Under the pieces are notes generated by a model. The model was not told the DNA's origin and did no database searches. It was given only the letters and a program-made list of their open reading frames with translations. Source: Polyangiaceae bacterium (GTDB lineage Bacteria; Myxococcota_A; Polyangia; Polyangiales; Polyangiaceae). Taken from it: a stretch of 64,000 bases of DNA. The stretch is from assembly GCA_050287085.1 (NCBI GenBank), contig JBNKBE010000003.1, positions 15,252 through 79,251 on the forward strand, written 5' to 3'. Shown here one piece after another: positions 1-10,545 of the stretch (within the stretch, counting starts at the first letter, position 1; every line of letters begins with the position of its first letter). Both the position numbers and the translations under genes were made by a program.

Positions 1-177
1 TGTTGAGCCGAGAGACGAGATCGAGGTGGCGGAGGCGCCCTCCGTCGTTTTGCTCGGCCCACTTGTCGCGCCCGCCAGCGAAGAGCCTTGCGCGCCTGCT
101 GATGGAGAAGGTCTGGGCCATTCACGCAGGCAAGCGAGGGCGAGGAGCCCCCACGCCGCCGCACCCAATAGCCTCAT
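1..177 (-). CDS. Partial CDS running off the window edge; probable lipoprotein
   Basis: Not in the ORF track. ATG at 177 reads MRLLGAAAWGLLALACLREWPRPSPSAGAQGSSLAGATSGPS..., a lipobox-like LALAC followed by a Ser/Thr/Gly-rich linker, open to position 1. Confidence 0.5.
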   Translation of the reverse strand, partial: MRLLGAAAWGLLALACLREWPRPSPSAGAQGSSLAGATSGPSKTTEGASATSISSLGST

Positions 178-719
178 ATGCGAGCCACCCACGACAAGAC
201 CCTACCATATTCGTCGACCTATCCCACCCAGCGCAGACGACTTCGCCGGCAGTGGGTTTGCTGCGCCATACGAAGAGCGGCTCGAACCGCGAACGAACGA
301 ACCCCTAGCTCCCCTCAGACTAACTGCCAGCTGGACAAATTCTCTGGAAACGAGACATCCGCTGTGGCCGAACCAACTGCCCGGTAGGAACGGCTGCGAC
401 GACAGGCAATCGCGTTCTGGACCCCGAGTTTGTCCTATTTCGGCACACGTGCGAGATCACCTTCGCAGCCCATCCTGAGCCAATAAGCAGTGCAACGACG
501 CTAGTAGCCAGCGCACCAGTGCCCATGCCGCTGCCCTGGAGCGGGCAAAGAGCAGGCAAGCGCTGTGCGAGTGCCACTGTCACCGACTGTCTCAGACAAC
601 GGAATGCGTGGCGCACGCCTGCTCCAGGAGTGCCCACCCGAGACAGTGGAGCTTCCGACCTAAGCAGATCCGCTCTGTGCGTCTGGTCTTTCCTCAGGCA
701 GCTCGGTAGCCTCGCTCCG

Positions 720-1901
720 ATGACGATAGGTTCGATGCCCGACTTTCCCCAGCGCCGCAATAGGACTGGGCTGGCGGCTTCCTTGGTGCTCGGCCTGACC
801 GCAGCTATCGGCTGCTCCATCGCCCTGGATAAGACCCGCCTTCAGTGCTCGGTAGCGGCCGATTGTCGCGCCCGTGGTGCCGGGTTCTCCGACAGCGTCT
901 GCATTGACAGCTTGTGTGTCGATAAGCACTCACCCGACGCACCAATGAGTGCAAACGACAGCGGCGCCGGAGGTGACGCGGCGCCTGCGGGGCGGGGGAC
1001 AGGTGGAAAGGACCCCGCCGATGGCGGCAACGCTGACTCCACCGCCGATGGCGGCCCCACGCCCGCCGATGGCATGACCGACGGCGGAGCCGAAGCTCCC
1101 GCGAAGGACGCAGGGGAACCGTCCGTCGAGCCGCCTCCCGACAAGCCCACCGAACCTGACGGCGGCTCGCTGACGCCAAGCGTAGAATGCACTGCGGATG
1201 ACGAATGTCCGGGTGTTGAGCTGTGCCAAGCGCAGATGTGTATCGACCCCTTCGAATGTGAACTTCCGCCAGTCCCGGAGCCGGGCATGTCTGCGATCCG
1301 GGTGCCGGTTGTCGATGTCTTCCAGGCGCCGATGGCGAACATTCCGGTCAAAGCATGCCTCAGCCTGGACACGCAGTGCACCACCCCGTTGGCGAGTGGG
1401 AATACGGACGAAAGCGGCGTCCTCTCACTCACGCTTACTAGCCATTTCACGGGCTACCTCGAGTTCCAGGTTCCGGGCTTCTTCCCAACCCTCGAATTCC
1501 TACCGGAAGACTTGCCGGACGGGACCACGCTGGCGCCGGTTTCACTATCACCGGTGCAGGTGATCGACGGTCTGGCGCAAGCGGTCGGGGGCGCCGTCGA
1601 CCCGGAACGCGGCCACCTCCATGTGCAGATTGCCAACTGCCTCGGAGGCGCGGAGGGGGTGGCGTTGCGCACCAAGGCGGCCGACGACAATACGATCGGC
1701 TACTACACCACCGCCGGTATCCCGTCTGCGGACACCGCGGAAACGAGCGATGGTGGCGCCGGGTTCCTGAACCTCCCCGTGGGCACGGCTGTGGTAACGG
1801 TGGTAGACGCGGCAACAGAACGTCGATTCGGTCAATACGGCTTCGTGGTGAGAGCGGGCTTTATCTCCAGCGCAACTCTGCGCCCCATTCACGCCAACTA
1901 G
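720..1901 (+). CDS. Lipoprotein with Cys-rich motifs, Gly/Asp/Pro linker and C-terminal carboxypeptidase-regulatory-like beta domain
   Basis: Within ORF 519-1901. Signal peptide LAASLVLGLTAAIGC, CxxxxDC motifs, low-complexity linker. Start uncertain (720 or 736). Confidence 0.7.
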   Translation: MTIGSMPDFPQRRNRTGLAASLVLGLTAAIGCSIALDKTRLQCSVAADCRARGAGFSDSVCIDSLCVDKHSPDAPMSANDSGAGGDAAPAGRGTGGKDPADGGNADSTADGGPTPADGMTDGGAEAPAKDAGEPSVEPPPDKPTEPDGGSLTPSVECTADDECPGVELCQAQMCIDPFECELPPVPEPGMSAIRVPVVDVFQAPMANIPVKACLSLDTQCTTPLASGNTDESGVLSLTLTSHFTGYLEFQVPGFFPTLEFLPEDLPDGTTLAPVSLSPVQVIDGLAQAVGGAVDPERGHLHVQIANCLGGAEGVALRTKAADDNTIGYYTTAGIPSADTAETSDGGAGFLNLPVGTAVVTVVDAATERRFGQYGFVVRAGFISSATLRPIHAN

Positions 1902-1923
1902 GACAAGAAAAGGACTTACCAAC

Positions 1924-2889
1924 ATGGCCACCAGCTTGCGCGCCCTGTGCTGCCTTTGCTTCGCGCTTGCGCTCGCGACCCCCAACGCCTGGGCTCAAGA
2001 AAGCAGCACTCGCTCTGCTTCTGAACACTTCGATCGAGGTGTGGAGCTGTACCGAGAAGGCAGTTTGGACGCCGCACTCGTCGAGTTCGAACGAGCCTAC
2101 GAGCTCATGCCCGACTACCGCTTGCTCTTCAACCTCGCACAGGTACAGGTGGAACGCGGGGAATACGTAGCCGCCCACAAGCTCTTCGAGCAGTACATGG
2201 ACCAGGGCGGCTCGAATATCGAGCGCTCACGACGGGACGCCGTGACGCAAGAGCTCCAATCGCTACGCAAACGCATTGGCGAGGTGGCGGTAGATTCCAA
2301 CGTCCCCGACGCCGAAGTCTTGGTCAATGGCGTCAACGTCGGTACAACTCCGCTCAAAGAGCGGATAAGGGTGAACGCCGGCACCGTGGAGCTCACGGTG
2401 CAGAAGCGCGGATACTCCGCACGGAGCCACACGGTGAAGGTCGCCGGCGAAGAACGAGCCCGTGTCGTTTTCCAGCTTGAGCAAGAGCTGAAGGAGCCGC
2501 CTGCGCAACGCGAGCGCTCCGGCGGTGTCCCCACCGCGCCGCCGCCCCGCACGCCCAACTATCTGCCATTTTGGATCAGCACAGGCGTCACCACGACACT
2601 CGCCGCCACAGCCGGAGTTTTTGGGTACTTAGCCATTAAGGCGGACAAGAACCTGAGTAAGGAGTACGACAAGCTACCGGCCGATCCGAAGCGAGTCCAC
2701 GACTTCAAACACCAGATCTCCACCTATGGCGCGACCTCAGATGGAGTGGCCGCCGGTGCAATAGTCGCTGCTGCCATCGCCATCTACTACCTGGTTGACC
2801 CACCACTCGAACGAGCAGAACCACAATCAGCCGGTGCTCTCGAACTCGTCCCCCAATCCGGTGGGGTTGCACTAAAAGGCGTGTTCTGA
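1924..2889 (+). CDS. TPR + PEGA domain protein
   Basis: Signal peptide; HFDRGVELYREG...AALVEFERAYEL TPR; VDSNVPDAEVLVNGVNVGTTPL PEGA; C-terminal hydrophobic segments. Confidence 0.85.
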   Translation: MATSLRALCCLCFALALATPNAWAQESSTRSASEHFDRGVELYREGSLDAALVEFERAYELMPDYRLLFNLAQVQVERGEYVAAHKLFEQYMDQGGSNIERSRRDAVTQELQSLRKRIGEVAVDSNVPDAEVLVNGVNVGTTPLKERIRVNAGTVELTVQKRGYSARSHTVKVAGEERARVVFQLEQELKEPPAQRERSGGVPTAPPPRTPNYLPFWISTGVTTTLAATAGVFGYLAIKADKNLSKEYDKLPADPKRVHDFKHQISTYGATSDGVAAGAIVAAAIAIYYLVDPPLERAEPQSAGALELVPQSGGVALKGVF

Positions 2890-2894
2890 TCCCC

Positions 2895-4547
2895 GTGCCC
2901 GCTGTGTCGTCGATGCCGCCCCACACGCCTGCTCCATATCTCGGTCGCTACCGACTTCTCGCTGAGCTTGGACACGGCGGAATGGGGACAATCCACCTTG
3001 CGATCGCGACTGGAACCGGAGATTTCCAGAAGCTAGTCGTGCTCAAGGAGCTCCGTTCCGAACGAGCCACCGATCCCGCGTTCGTCGAGTTGTTCCTGCG
3101 CGAAGCCATGCTCGCAGGTCGGCTCAATCACGCCAACGTGGTGCAGACTATCGAGGCGGCGCAAGACGACAATCGCTTGTTCTTGGCTATGGAGTTCTTG
3201 GACGGGCAACCCATGACGCAGTTGATGCGTGCCCAAGGGCTGACGCCGATCGTCTCCGATCGGTTCATGTTGCAGGTACTGTGCGACACGCTTTCGGGCC
3301 TTCACTACGCTCACGAGCTGCAGGACTACGGAGGAGAGCCACTGGGCGTCGTGCACTGCGACGTATCTCCGCATAACGTTTTCGTGACCTACGACGGTCG
3401 CGTCAAAGTGGTCGACTTTGGCATCGCTCGGGCGGCGGGTTCCGGAGACGCCGAAGGAGGATTCAGGGGACGCCTCGGGTACGCAGCTCCAGAACAGATC
3501 CTAGGTACGCCCGTAGATCGGCGCGCAGACATCTTCGCGGTTGGCGTCATGCTTTGGGAGCTCCTGGCGAAGCGCCGTTTCGTGCAGCCCGGTTCGGACG
3601 AGCGCGAGACCGTGAGCCATCGCATCGCCGGAGCAGAGCCCAGAATATCTGCGTTAGTGCCCACACATCCAATGCTGGCTCGCATCTGCGACAAAGCCCT
3701 GGATGTGGATCCGGCGAAGCGCTTCCACTCGGCGGAAGAGTTCCGTCAGGCGCTCAACCACTACCTCCAGGTCTTGGGTGGTCCACTTGATGCCGCCGGC
3801 ATCGGCTCCTTCATGTCACTCAAATTCGCAGGCGAACGACGCGCGCTGCATCAGCTGATCCACACGCACACACGCACCGACGAAACCGAGATTAAGAGTC
3901 GTTATGTCACGCTCGATCCGCAAGTCGGCTGCGATGAAGCGACGCGCATGGGAGATCTCTCTCCGCTCGTCGAACTCACGCGCGCCGACGCCATCCCATC
4001 AGCGCCAAGCACTCCGCTGATCTCCCGCCGACGGCGGATCTGGTACGCATTGGGGGGGGCAGCGATCGGCATGGCCGTGCTGGCGGCCGGAGTGTTCGCT
4101 TCTAAGGACTACACGCCCGCGGCGCAAACGACAGGCTCGCCGCTCTTGTCGACAACCCGTCACGCCCTGAAGCCAGCCCCTCTTGCATCGTCGTCAGCGG
4201 CCACTATGAACCCGCCCCCAGAACAGGCTCTGCCGTCGGGAACGGCGGATGCGTTGCCTCGGCAGGCTCCTTCAGCGCCGCCGGAAGCGGCTCAACCTGA
4301 GCGCCGCGAAGCGCCGCCACCCCGTGCCTCTGAATACACCCAACGCCCGCGCGCCGATGCCGAGCGGGAACGCCCAAGGTCAAAACGTGCGCCCGCCTCA
4401 GCGGCTTCCGCGTCCAGCACCGAGAATTCGACCGGCGGCGCCGTCACTCCGCCCGCTCCAAGCGGCATCGCAAGCGCTGGTCACGATCTCAAGACCCTGG
4501 CGCCACGACAGCGCCGACACCTGGATTCTGCCAATCCATTTCGCTGA
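2895..4547 (+). CDS. Membrane-anchored Hanks-type Ser/Thr protein kinase
   Basis: LGHGGMG, VVLK, HCDVSPHN, DFG, APE, DIFAVG motifs; TM helix WYALGGAAIGMAVLAAGVF; Pro/Ala-rich tail ending NPF. Confidence 0.92.
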   Translation: MPAVSSMPPHTPAPYLGRYRLLAELGHGGMGTIHLAIATGTGDFQKLVVLKELRSERATDPAFVELFLREAMLAGRLNHANVVQTIEAAQDDNRLFLAMEFLDGQPMTQLMRAQGLTPIVSDRFMLQVLCDTLSGLHYAHELQDYGGEPLGVVHCDVSPHNVFVTYDGRVKVVDFGIARAAGSGDAEGGFRGRLGYAAPEQILGTPVDRRADIFAVGVMLWELLAKRRFVQPGSDERETVSHRIAGAEPRISALVPTHPMLARICDKALDVDPAKRFHSAEEFRQALNHYLQVLGGPLDAAGIGSFMSLKFAGERRALHQLIHTHTRTDETEIKSRYVTLDPQVGCDEATRMGDLSPLVELTRADAIPSAPSTPLISRRRRIWYALGGAAIGMAVLAAGVFASKDYTPAAQTTGSPLLSTTRHALKPAPLASSSAATMNPPPEQALPSGTADALPRQAPSAPPEAAQPERREAPPPRASEYTQRPRADAERERPRSKRAPASAASASSTENSTGGAVTPPAPSGIASAGHDLKTLAPRQRRHLDSANPFR

Positions 4548-4570
4548 GTGGCGCAACGATGGGGCTCTCG

Positions 4571-7438
4571 TCACCGATCGGTCCCAGGGAAGACATCCCC
4601 GAGCGAGGCCACCTTGCCATATCTGCGGCGCAGGGCGACGCAACGATCAACCCACTCCAGCGCCTTCGCCAAGTTCTCTTTCGCCCCGGGGCCCAGGCGC
4701 TCGACGTTAGCGAACAACCTCACCGCGCGCTGTCGGCCGTCAACAGTACAATGCCCTGCAGCATCAAAGGGCAAGTGTGAAGTTCCGCCTCGTCCCACGA
4801 CCGCAATCACCCGCTCGAGATTAGCCTGCAACCACGAGAAGTAGTGCTGGTAGCGTTTCGGGGATGAAAAGGCTCCACGACGCAGACTCCATAGCTCCGT
4901 GGGCCGAATGACGCCGTCCAGCAGCAGGTCATAGGAATGCCGCAATAGTTCTGGCTCCTCAAAGTGGCCGAGCGCGACGATCAAGGCCTCGCGCACGCTG
5001 GGAGTGGCAGTGGGCAGCAACGAAATCATCTTCTCGTGCAGCGCCTTGTCCCCGACCACAGCAGCTAGCGGGAGCAGAATCTGGAGCTGTTCGACGTCCA
5101 CCTCCGCGGGGTGAGTCAGTAGCTCTGTTACGAGTGCGCTTCCCTGGGCGCTCAGTGTGGGATCGCCCACCAACTCACCATACGCCGAAAACAACTCCGC
5201 TCGTAGCAGGCCATCTCCGCTAGCTTCGTTCGGACGGGCGCGAGTCCCCACCCGGCGCACGTGAGGCTCGAGCAACGCGCGTGCGAACTGACGAAACTGC
5301 GCCTGGGTCGTGCCCTCGGCCGCCACTCTTCGCACCAAGCGCAAGCCAGCGATGACACCTGACAAGACGAAGCGATGCGAGTCCTTGGCGCTCTGCGCCA
5401 GAACCCGTAAGAAATCGGGTAGCGAGACTTCGCCGGCCTCGAACAATGCTTGCACTTGCCGCGGCAAGGCCACGCGCTCCTTGAGCGACAAGCGCTTTCC
5501 CGCTGACGCCCCCAACGCCGCAAGCCCAGCTTGCGGCAACCGCCAGTGGAAGTAGCCGGCCTCATCGGCGTTGGGATAGACCGCAGTCGGACACGCAGAT
5601 ACGCGGATACGCGTCTTCGCCGTCGGCGACGAGAGCAGCTCGCAGTGCACAGTCGACGCGCCGGTATCGGGCAATAGCCGCACGCACATCGGTATCGTCC
5701 AGGGACGCCCTCCCCGACGACTGCGCTTTCCATCGACCCCCAGGGGGACATATCGTTCTTGGCTGAGTGCAAGCACGAGTTCATAGCCCCCTGAGGGCCG
5801 GGCGTGGCACTGGGTGTCAAGAGTGACCAAAGGGGTCCCCGGCTGCTCTATGAACCCGGATGCGACCTCCGCGACGGGCAGTGCTGTCTGCGCAGCAAGC
5901 GACGTCAAGAAATCGCTCATGGTGGCGTTGGAGAATTGGTGAGCCCGCAGGTAGTCACGCACGCCCTCACGGAAAGCCTGCGGGGTGATCCAGCCTTCGA
6001 GCATGCGGAGCACCGCCAAACCTTTCTGATAGGTAATGGGATCAAACGCATTTGTTACGTCGCCAGCATTCCGAATCTGCTTTCTGATCGGTGTCGCGAA
6101 GCTGAGCGCGTCTTCCTGCATGACCTTCAGCATATCGGCCACAGCCCAGACCTCCGACTCTAGCTCTGGAGCCAAGCGCGTCAGGACCTTATTCGACATC
6201 CAAGTTGCAAACGCCTCGTTCAACCAGACGTCGTCCCACCACTGCATCGTGACCAGGTTGCCGAACCACATGTGCGCCAGTTCGTGGGCCACAACCGATC
6301 GAGAGATGAGGGTATCGTTCCAACTTGCGGTCTTCGGATCGAGCAGAAGAATGTTTTCGCGATAGGTGACCAGCCCTACGTTCTCCATGGCCCCGGCGCG
6401 AAACACGGGAACCGCGAGTTGGTCAAGCTTCTGGAAGGGGTACGAAATGCCGAAATAGTCCTCCAGCGCCGCGAGAATAGGCCCTGTCTGAGCAGCAGCG
6501 TACGCCGCCTGGGCCGACTTGCCGGCGGTTGTGTATACATTGTGCTGGAGATGCAGGAGCGGGGCTGAGTACAGCTCGAACTCTCCGACGGCGAAGGCCA
6601 CTAGATAGGTCGGTAGTGGCGCCGTCTCGGCAAAATCGAAAACCAAGCTTCCGCTGTCTCTCGCGACGTGTGATAGGGGAGCGTTGGAGAGCGCGGTCAT
6701 CCCCTCCGGCACACGCAAACGAATGCGAAATGGGGTTTTGAACTGTGGCTCGTCGAAACACGGAAACGCGCTGCGCGCCTCGAGCGCCTCAAACTGAGTA
6801 AACGCGTACCACTTGCCTCGCTCGCGGACGCGGTACAACGAGTCCGGGGCTTCGGAAAGGGCCCCTTCGTGCTGTAAACGCAACGTCGCGCTACCAGTGA
6901 GCGGCTCCTCAAAATGCAATGCGAGTCCACCGTGGCGCCCCACTTCCACGCGAGCTCGATGAACGCTGCCCGCTAGTGATATGGCGTCGGCGGCCGTGAC
7001 GGAGATACTGCCCGCGTGAAGAACGATCCGTCGCGTCGGCTGCGACATACTCACGTCGATATTGGTGATGCCCGTGAAGCTATCCGTGCGCGGATCGACG
7101 TCGAGCGCGATGTGGTAACGCCGCGGCCGAATCGCCGTCGTCAGACGCTGCTCGCCGTCAGGTGCCAGCTGCTCCCCCGTGTGCGCTGGGGTCAAGCTCG
7201 CTCGGGTCAAGCTCGCGTCCGGGGTCACCGCTTCGCGCGGAAGGGCGACCGGAGGCTTTGGCGCAACGCAACTGGGCGCGACGCAATTGGGTGCGGTCCC
7301 AACCGATGGAACACAGGAGCCTCCTCCCTGGAGCAGTGCAAGCCCGAGAAGCCACCTCGCCCACGGACCTGACCTGCCCTCCCGAGCGTGCCTCGTTGTG
7401 CCCCCCACACCCCGCGCTGCGTGCTTCATGGGAAGCAA
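4571..7438 (-). CDS. M1 family aminopeptidase (aminopeptidase N-like, ERAP1-like C-terminus), probably exported
   Basis: TQFE...AR.AFPCFDEP, GAMEN, HELAH-x18-E (WLNEAFA), YQKG. Start may be the ATG at 7429. Confidence 0.95.
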   Translation of the reverse strand: MLPMKHAARGVGGTTRHAREGRSGPWARWLLGLALLQGGGSCVPSVGTAPNCVAPSCVAPKPPVALPREAVTPDASLTRASLTPAHTGEQLAPDGEQRLTTAIRPRRYHIALDVDPRTDSFTGITNIDVSMSQPTRRIVLHAGSISVTAADAISLAGSVHRARVEVGRHGGLALHFEEPLTGSATLRLQHEGALSEAPDSLYRVRERGKWYAFTQFEALEARSAFPCFDEPQFKTPFRIRLRVPEGMTALSNAPLSHVARDSGSLVFDFAETAPLPTYLVAFAVGEFELYSAPLLHLQHNVYTTAGKSAQAAYAAAQTGPILAALEDYFGISYPFQKLDQLAVPVFRAGAMENVGLVTYRENILLLDPKTASWNDTLISRSVVAHELAHMWFGNLVTMQWWDDVWLNEAFATWMSNKVLTRLAPELESEVWAVADMLKVMQEDALSFATPIRKQIRNAGDVTNAFDPITYQKGLAVLRMLEGWITPQAFREGVRDYLRAHQFSNATMSDFLTSLAAQTALPVAEVASGFIEQPGTPLVTLDTQCHARPSGGYELVLALSQERYVPLGVDGKRSRRGGRPWTIPMCVRLLPDTGASTVHCELLSSPTAKTRIRVSACPTAVYPNADEAGYFHWRLPQAGLAALGASAGKRLSLKERVALPRQVQALFEAGEVSLPDFLRVLAQSAKDSHRFVLSGVIAGLRLVRRVAAEGTTQAQFRQFARALLEPHVRRVGTRARPNEASGDGLLRAELFSAYGELVGDPTLSAQGSALVTELLTHPAEVDVEQLQILLPLAAVVGDKALHEKMISLLPTATPSVREALIVALGHFEEPELLRHSYDLLLDGVIRPTELWSLRRGAFSSPKRYQHYFSWLQANLERVIAVVGRGGTSHLPFDAAGHCTVDGRQRAVRLFANVERLGPGAKENLAKALEWVDRCVALRRRYGKVASLGDVFPGTDR

Positions 7439-7761
7439 GGGTAACGCATAGGAGCGCGGAGCACGCCCGCCGCCCGGCGCTCAACTGCGATCTATCGAGT
7501 CCTGAGCCGGGTTCTAGGCCGCAGCGCAAACGTTCATCACGTCCCTGCCGCCGCGCCGCGGCCACGGGCGATCGCACTCGACTGGCGGCATTTCCGTTTG
7601 GACTAGAGAGATCGGAAACGCTGTGCTCAGTGCGAAACACGCGGCAGGCAGCTACTTCGCCATCGCTTGAGCCGCCGCGGGCAAGACACTACGATCTAGG
7701 CCTAGTTATGGGCCAGTCGCAACTACCTACCTTGCCGTACATATCCTCCTCTGACGTCGCC

Positions 7762-9093
7762 ATGCGCAATCGAAAAGCCCCAGTGAACGAGGGTAGCCCC
7801 AAGGAGGCTTGTCGCGGGGCTTGGGTAGGCCTGGGTCGCACTACGCGCTTTGTCGCGCTGGCCGCTCTCGCGAGCGCCGCGGCCTGCTCCGCTGGCGACG
7901 CGGGCGAAGATGGACCGGGACGAGGCAAGGGCGGCCCAAGCGGCGCCGGTGCCAATTCGCCGGGTGCTCCATTCCAAAGCGACGATACGGACGACGTGAT
8001 CGTCAGTGGTGGACCTGACTCGCCAGGGGGAACCATTGTCCCGCCGGGCAGCAACAACTACATGGGGGGCGAGCTGCTTTGCGACGGCGTTGACGAGAAT
8101 AACAACGGCATCATTGACGACGTCGACGTGGGCATGGACGGGCTCTGCGACTGCATTCAGCTCGGCTTCTTCGGTAAGATTGCCTCTGACGCGGGCAGCA
8201 ACACAGGGCAATTCGAGGCGTGGCTCGATGAACGCGCAGGTGGAGCACAAGACTTCAAGCAGCTGGGTGCCACCGACACCCTCACAGCCCAATGGCTGTC
8301 AGACTTGCAGGTGCTGATCATCGGTGGAATGCAGGATCGCACGCAACGGCCGGCGTTTTCCAGCGATGAGATGAAAGCGATTTCCGACTGGGTAAACCAG
8401 GGGGGCGGACTGGTCACTCTTGCAGGCTACACCGCAAACAGCGATGCCGCCGTTCCCACTTCAGATCTCCTGAGTAACTTCGGCTTGAGCTACGATATTC
8501 AGTCCGCTCCTGGGGCCGGCATCATCAGCGAGACGGTCAACGCGGGGCCGCCAGTGTGGTTGACAGGCATTACCGCACCCGACCATCCCACCGTCAGCGG
8601 CGTCTCGCAGATCGGGTTCTTCTACGGCTACCCCGTCAGCGGCGAGGGAACCGTCATCCTGGAAGACAGGGGCTACGCGCTGGCCGTAGCCAAGCAGGTT
8701 GGCAACGGACGCGTGTTCGCATTCGGAGACGAGTGGATCACCCAAGACCAAACGTGGTCGGGTGTCAGCCTGGGCCAGAGCGCTGACTGCCAAGCGTGCA
8801 ACGAAGCCACCGGGCGCTGCGAAGGTGCCAAGAACCGATGCGAAAGCTGCGAAATGGAGCCGTGCTCCGATCCCAACGACTCGCTACCGGACTGCCAGAA
8901 AGGCTGTACTCAGGGCTGCGAGCAGGAAACGCAGAGTTGTACGGATCTGCAAGACCAATGCGACGCGTGCAGAGAGGTCGCCCTCCGACGCGCTGATGCC
9001 ACCGCGCGACTCTGGCTCAATACCCTTCGGTGGCTAACGCCGGAGACGGTGTGCCAGGTGCCAATTCCCCCGCCCGACGTATTCATCCAATAA
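7762..9093 (+). CDS. Lipoprotein with acidic metal-binding-like motif and GATase-like/DUF4350-like domain with Cys-rich insertion
   Basis: Within ORF 7162-9093. Lipobox ASAAAC; ELLCDGVDENNNGIIDD; LQVLII...ISDWVNQGGGLV...GNGRVFAFGDEW; Cys-rich helical insert. Start uncertain. Confidence 0.65.
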   Translation: MRNRKAPVNEGSPKEACRGAWVGLGRTTRFVALAALASAAACSAGDAGEDGPGRGKGGPSGAGANSPGAPFQSDDTDDVIVSGGPDSPGGTIVPPGSNNYMGGELLCDGVDENNNGIIDDVDVGMDGLCDCIQLGFFGKIASDAGSNTGQFEAWLDERAGGAQDFKQLGATDTLTAQWLSDLQVLIIGGMQDRTQRPAFSSDEMKAISDWVNQGGGLVTLAGYTANSDAAVPTSDLLSNFGLSYDIQSAPGAGIISETVNAGPPVWLTGITAPDHPTVSGVSQIGFFYGYPVSGEGTVILEDRGYALAVAKQVGNGRVFAFGDEWITQDQTWSGVSLGQSADCQACNEATGRCEGAKNRCESCEMEPCSDPNDSLPDCQKGCTQGCEQETQSCTDLQDQCDACREVALRRADATARLWLNTLRWLTPETVCQVPIPPPDVFIQ

Positions 9094-9144
9094 CGTCGGA
9101 GTCAAGGCCAGGACTGGGAGTCCACCGTTCAAAGACGGCTTCCG

Positions 9145-9217
<73 letters not shown>

Positions 9218-9759
9218 GGAGTGTCCGCATCTAGATGTGGCCTCTCCTGAAAGTCAAGCGCAGAAGGGCCGGATGTCGCCATGGGACGGGTTTCCCTGTC
9301 GGTGTCCATGGTGCGCGCCGGTCACCGCCTTCGGTCACGCAGCCAGGTAGTCAAACACCCCGGGCGCTCGCGACATCCCGATGTGGGTGCTCCTCCGCCC
9401 TGGGCTCCCGCGAAAGCCCCCAGCGCAGCCGAAGGTCCCGGATGCAAGCGCCCGCGGGACCGACGCGTCCAGCTCCAACTCCCCCGTGGGAGACGCTTAT
9501 AGGAGATTGTTGTGGTGCGTTCTCCCAAGCCGACGGCGCACCGCGCCGCCTCTTCAACGCCGGACGCCCGTGGGCCGCCAGGCGGAGGGGCTCCGGATGC
9601 GTTGCTCGACAGAACGCATTCTCTGCTTGCGCCGAAAAGCCTGGAAAAGCTAGGACATGCCAGATCTTGCGGAACTGCTACGGTGCCCGCGCCAAGGCAG
9701 TGTGGAGAGCCGCGCCGCGGCACCGGCCCTGTGGGGCGTTAACCTCAACCAGACTCCTC

Positions 9760-10545
9760 GTGAAGCCCCTACTTTTTGGCCAGGCCGAAGCTCCGCTATT
9801 CGGCGTCTATCACCCCACGGGCTCGAGACGCCAACCCCGCTTGGGCGTGCTGCTTTGTTATCCCGGCCCGCGCGAATACAACTCTGCCCATTGGGCGTTT
9901 CGCAGGCTTGCCGGCTTGTTGAGCAAGGCCGGGCTCCCGACACTTCGCTTCGACTACCGCGGAACAGGTGACTCCGCGGGAGAGCTCGACCAGACCCGCA
10001 TAGCCGACTGGAGTGAGGACGTGGCTGTAGCCGCGCATGAGCTACGGGCTCAGTCCGGATGCCGTGAGCTCGCCATCGTTGCCATGCGCCTGGGCGCGCT
10101 CCCGGCCATGATGGCCTGCAACGCCGGACTGGGGCTCAACTCGCTTGTGCTCTGGCAGCCGGTCATGAGCGGCGAAGAGTACCTGTCTGAGCTTCGTCTG
10201 AGCCACGAGCGCCGGCGTATCGTACTCCTCCATGCCGCAAGAGAAGCCCATGGCGACCGTGAATTGCTCGGTTTCAACATGAGCGACGCCCAACGACAAG
10301 AATTGGCCGCACTGCGTGCTGAAGCGCATTGGCTGCGAAATGTTCCGCGCGTGACGATCGTTCATCCCCCAGCGAGTTTCGCCTTCTACCGTTATCTTGG
10401 AGCTGCCCCCCGCGAGGCCACCCAGCCCACGGTTATCGAGGTGACGGGAAGTGCCGCACCGAGGACGGAAAAGGCAATGCTCTCTAATGACGCCCTGGAG
10501 GCGATCGTCTCGGCCTTGCAGGCGGGAGGGCACTCCAATGACTGA
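9760..10545 (+). CDS. Alpha/beta-hydrolase-fold protein lacking the nucleophile Ser (exosortase-A-associated hydrolase 2-like)
   Basis: GTG 9760 VKPLLFG...LFGVYHP; LRFDYRGTGDS; nucleophile elbow reads AMRLGA; LVLWQPVMSG. Confidence 0.8.
   Translation: MKPLLFGQAEAPLFGVYHPTGSRRQPRLGVLLCYPGPREYNSAHWAFRRLAGLLSKAGLPTLRFDYRGTGDSAGELDQTRIADWSEDVAVAAHELRAQSGCRELAIVAMRLGALPAMMACNAGLGLNSLVLWQPVMSGEEYLSELRLSHERRRIVLLHAAREAHGDRELLGFNMSDAQRQELAALRAEAHWLRNVPRVTIVHPPASFAFYRYLGAAPREATQPTVIEVTGSAAPRTEKAMLSNDALEAIVSALQAGGHSND

Noticed and set aside
7162..7761. Long N-terminal ORF extensions (also 519-719, 9235-9759, 26893-27168, 42807-42962)
   Set aside because: They overlap neighbouring genes or precede clear signal peptides or domain starts; typical high-GC open frames.
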